Shown piece after piece: positions 14,929 through 18,407 of a stretch of DNA of 18,407 nucleotides. Source of the DNA: Promethearchaeota archaeon (lineage in GTDB: Archaea > Asgardarchaeota > Lokiarchaeia > Sigyniarchaeales > SOKP01); assembly GCA_048940925.1 (NCBI GenBank), contig JBHLOC010000064.1:1-18407 (forward strand). Reading direction: 5' to 3'. Under the pieces are notes generated by a model. That model was not told the DNA's origin and searched no databases. It saw only the letters and a list, made by a program, of their open reading frames with translations. Every line of letters begins with the position of its first letter. Position 1 is the stretch's first letter. A program made the translations under genes and the position numbers.

Positions 14929-17900
14929 TTAAGAATATAAAGTGCCAGAAATCTGGATCCCGAATATTATACCAAATAAAATTAGGAGGGTAATTAAAAT
15001 TAGCAGTGTATAAAAACGCCATTTGATTGTTATTTTTTCTCTTTTTTCTTTAAAGATCATATATGGTAATAAGATAGCTCCAACAATCCAAATTGATATC
15101 CAAACGGTGAATATATACCAAATAGGGGTTATAAACGCAAATAAAATTATAATTATACTACCCCAACTGATAATTAAACGAATCATTCTACGTTTAAACC
15201 TTACATCCGCATTTTCTGATTTTTTGGAAGGAATTAGTGAATATAATAATCCAAAGATGGGAAAAATAAGGAGAGTTGCGTGGATAGGATTTAAAAACCC
15301 CAATACTGCATCTGAAAAAAGAATTCCAAAAAATATTGAAACAAATATATTAATCACTATCCAAATCCCTCTGAAATGGGTTTTTATAAAATTACTCAAA
15401 ATAAAGAGAATTTTCATAATTAAGATTTTAATCTTTTTATAGAAGTTTGATATAATATCAAGAAGCTTATTAAACAGATCCTTCAGTTCTTCTAAAAGAA
15501 ATATAAATGGATAAGTTAAAATCATTAAACTAAAAACTATGGCACTAAAGGTATAAGATAATGAAACATGGTAAATGATTGAACTTAATAAAATAAAAAT
15601 TATTACCCAAAAGATAAAAGCTTTAACTGAATGCGTCTTAAAGGGCTTTACTATAATTATCGAAAACATTACAAATACCAATGTGGATATACTTAAATTT
15701 AATAAAATTTTAACACCCGGAATAATTAAAAATAAAAGAAATATATCAGTTGATATTAAACCACCAAATATCAGAAAGGAGCTTGACTTCAAGAGTTTTC
15801 GTACATCCTCTTTTAAAATCACATCAATATGAGTTATAATAAATACTATAAAAAAAGAAGCAAGTACTAGATTGAGGTTAAGTAAGAGATTCAAATTTAG
15901 GAAATATAAAGGCCATGTAACAAAATTAAGATAAGATAGAATAATTAGATATGATCTTATTTTTGCTTTTTTCGAAGCAACTACTTTCCAAAATGCCCAT
16001 ATTCTGAAAAGATATGCACACTCAATAATAAAAATAATAATAATTAAAGGGATTACAGTTAAAAATAACACTATAAAAAAAGTAGCGTAAATCCATACTA
16101 AATAAATAGAAGAAAAAGCCATTATGAACATCCATGATACTAATTTTAAATATTTAGTAGCCTTCCCTAGGAATTTTAAAAAAACATTATCAATAATCAT
16201 TAGAACATGGAGTATGCTGCTTAAAATCAAAAGAATTAATAGGATATCAATATTCTGCAAAATTAATGTTTGTAATACAAAAAAACATAAAGTACTATAG
16301 AAAATAGCACCCAAAATATTTTGTACAGATCTTTGAAGTTTATTAAGAGCATTCTCGTTATCTGGATAAAATAATTTCAGTGATGTAAAAAGGGAATAAT
16401 TAGTATAAAACTGCATACTAAGGAAAATAAAAAATTCTAAACTAATTAGGAAAGGATATTGAACAACAAATTGATTTATAGTTAACAGGATAACTGTAGA
16501 TATTGTAAAATAATCAATCGTATGAACAAATAAAGCAAAATTTTTCTTTACTTTTTTTAATGAATAAATATCTAATAAGGTAATAGTAAATAAAATCGAT
16601 AAAGCAAGGAGTATACTTTCATAAATCTTAAAAACTTCAATTGTTAAAGCAAATATCATCAGGCTTATTTCACAATAAAACAATAGATATAGAATCGAAG
16701 ATGATTTTTCTGAGAAATTCGGATATTGTTGTTCAGGTAAAAATCTTTTCCAATATTTCATTGAATTAAATGAAAGACATAATTCAATAAATATTACTAT
16801 ATTGACTGTAAAGAAGTTTAATGGAGTAAAAATAACTAAGATAAGGTATAGGTTAACAGCTAGTAATATCTGGAATGTGATAAAAAGTACAAATTCAATC
16901 CAATTTTTGAAAGTTTTGTCTATTTTAAGTAAAAAGTAGCTTAAAATATATAAAAATAGAAAAGAGTTTTGAAAAATCAATGAAAAATACAAAAATCCAC
17001 TTAAATCTTTAAATATAAACAAAATTAAATCAGAAATCAGGGAAGCGAAATAAAAAGAACTCCAGATAAATGAATTATATATAAGTGTCAAGCGAGTTAT
17101 AGAGATCTTGGTCTTAGATATATCTAAATAAGATAAGAAATAAACAGAGATGAGATTCAAAAGTGAAATTGTTAATAACAAAAGGAATACATTTGAATGC
17201 CCTAAATAAAAGAAAAGAGCAGTAATATTACAAAAGATTAACCATGACCATAAAGTGAATCTATTGCGAATTGAATTAAATAAGAAATAAAAATATCCTC
17301 TATCTAATATAAATCCTTCTATTACAGCAATTCCACTAGCCAATATTAAAAAGGAATATATTGAGATTATTATTTCCTTATTAATTAGAAATAGATAAAG
17401 GATAAGATTGATTCCCGAAGTTAAAGGAATAATAATATATAAAATAAGACTAATTTTATTAAAATGAAGTAAGAGATCTTTAATCTTCACCTCTAACTTT
17501 AATTTTTCTAAATATTTCATACTAAACAAAAACAGAAATGACCAAATTAATAGGAAATCACATAATTGGTATACTAATAAAATTTGAGTAAATAAAAGGT
17601 GTTCAATTAAATTTGGAATAATTATCCCTATGAAAAGAGAAATACAAATCGAGTTTAATAATAAACATATAAAATTAAACCATTTTAACTGATTCTCATC
17701 TTTAAAAATATTAAAAAAACTATTTGATATTTCAAGCGGGTCTTTTTTTACTGATTTTTTGAATAAGTTAATCAAAACTTGGAAGGTTATCAGATACAAC
17801 GTCATATAAGTTAAAAACCAAAATGGTTGAATTATATCGAATCTTAGCAATGATTCTAAAATTGGTGATGTTAAAGGAATTGGTAAAATAAACCAAAGGA

Positions 17901-18407
17901 AATATCGATATTCTGCAATTAAGACATAAAAAAACAAAATAAAAACTAAGGAAAATGTAGTAATTAAATACCCTGGTGAAGCTTTAAAAACAATAGATAC
18001 GAATGAGGTGGCTGATAGAGAAGCTCCAATAGTAATAACTGAATAAGGTATTATCTTAGTAACAGATATTTTCATTTTATATCGGTTAAATATAAAAAAT
18101 GAGAGTCCAAAAGTGGTTATTGCAAGAGAAAGTGCTAATAAAAAGCGATCTGGAACAATATTGAATGTATTGAAAGTTAGCCATGCAAAATTAAATATTA
18201 GAATCCAGGAAAGAGAAAAATCTATAATTCTCTTTGACATGTTAACATACTTTGAGGAAAAAAGACTTAAACCTACAACTATAAAGCTGATGTTTAGCGA
18301 AAAGATACTATCTAAGATTATGGAATATAAAATAAAATAAACTGTGAAGAAAATGCCTAATAGAGTTATAAAATAGGCACTTATTAGAATAACACCAATA
18401 GATCTAA
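14929..18407 (-). CDS. Giant polytopic membrane protein of unknown function; 5'-truncated (>1158 aa visible)
   Basis: The frame stays stop-free for 55 more codons upstream of the ATG at 18240, to the window edge (...RSIGVILISAYFITLLGIFFTVYFILYSIILDSIF...). About 30 or more hydrophobic segments with short Lys-rich loops and no large soluble domain. Confidence 0.85.
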   Translation of the reverse strand, partial: RSIGVILISAYFITLLGIFFTVYFILYSIILDSIFSLNISFIVVGLSLFSSKYVNMSKRIIDFSLSWILIFNFAWLTFNTFNIVPDRFLLALSLAITTFGLSFFIFNRYKMKISVTKIIPYSVITIGASLSATSFVSIVFKASPGYLITTFSLVFILFFYVLIAEYRYFLWFILPIPLTSPILESLLRFDIIQPFWFLTYMTLYLITFQVLINLFKKSVKKDPLEISNSFFNIFKDENQLKWFNFICLLLNSICISLFIGIIIPNLIEHLLFTQILLVYQLCDFLLIWSFLFLFSMKYLEKLKLEVKIKDLLLHFNKISLILYIIIPLTSGINLILYLFLINKEIIISIYSFLILASGIAVIEGFILDRGYFYFLFNSIRNRFTLWSWLIFCNITALFFYLGHSNVFLLLLTISLLNLISVYFLSYLDISKTKISITRLTLIYNSFIWSSFYFASLISDLILFIFKDLSGFLYFSLIFQNSFLFLYILSYFLLKIDKTFKNWIEFVLFITFQILLAVNLYLILVIFTPLNFFTVNIVIFIELCLSFNSMKYWKRFLPEQQYPNFSEKSSSILYLLFYCEISLMIFALTIEVFKIYESILLALSILFTITLLDIYSLKKVKKNFALFVHTIDYFTISTVILLTINQFVVQYPFLISLEFFIFLSMQFYTNYSLFTSLKLFYPDNENALNKLQRSVQNILGAIFYSTLCFFVLQTLILQNIDILLILLILSSILHVLMIIDNVFLKFLGKATKYLKLVSWMFIMAFSSIYLVWIYATFFIVLFLTVIPLIIIIFIIECAYLFRIWAFWKVVASKKAKIRSYLIILSYLNFVTWPLYFLNLNLLLNLNLVLASFFIVFIITHIDVILKEDVRKLLKSSSFLIFGGLISTDIFLLFLIIPGVKILLNLSISTLVFVMFSIIIVKPFKTHSVKAFIFWVIIFILLSSIIYHVSLSYTFSAIVFSLMILTYPFIFLLEELKDLFNKLLDIISNFYKKIKILIMKILFILSNFIKTHFRGIWIVINIFVSIFFGILFSDAVLGFLNPIHATLLIFPIFGLLYSLIPSKKSENADVRFKRRMIRLIISWGSIIIILFAFITPIWYIFTVWISIWIVGAILLPYMIFKEKREKITIKWRFYTLLILITLLILFGIIFGIQISGTLYS

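Noticed and set aside
14840-15022. 60-aa minus-strand ORF, possible frameshift extension of the giant gene
   Set aside because: It overlaps the end of the giant gene and runs into the liv promoter; the giant gene has its own clean TAA stop.
15023-18340. Plus-strand ORFs at 15023, 15575 and 18113
   Set aside because: Ile/Lys/Asn-rich antisense reflections of the Phe/Leu/Ile-rich membrane protein.

Overview
AT-rich window that looks archaeal: GGTGA(T)-type Shine-Dalgarno motifs, BRE/TATA promoters, oligo-T terminators, a TrmB regulator and a PolB with a PIP-like tail. The style suggests Lokiarchaeia/Promethearchaeota (Asgard), which is an inference only. From left to right it holds: the 3' end of a family B DNA polymerase; a ~5-TM membrane protein; a cytoplasmic GH20 hexosaminidase (HexD/GcnA-like); and a compact three-gene minus-strand unit. 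That unit is a 43-aa four-Cys mini-protein missed by the ORF track, a 104-aa probable dimeric alpha/beta-barrel protein and a lin2189/CCH-type GyrI-like protein that appears to start at ATT; it is divergent from a TrmB regulator carrying an extra C-terminal wHTH. Next come a candidate 52-aa sORF, an acyl-CoA ligase, a 13-repeat HEAT protein directly coupled to a complete LIV/HAAT-family ABC importer (livKHMGF-like), and the C-terminal >1158 aa of a giant polytopic membrane protein that runs off the window. No rRNA, tRNA, CRISPR array or IS element was recognised. The best candidates for undescribed systems are the TrmB / Fe-S mini-protein / barrel / GyrI-like module and the ABC importer-HEAT solenoid-acyl-CoA ligase cluster.
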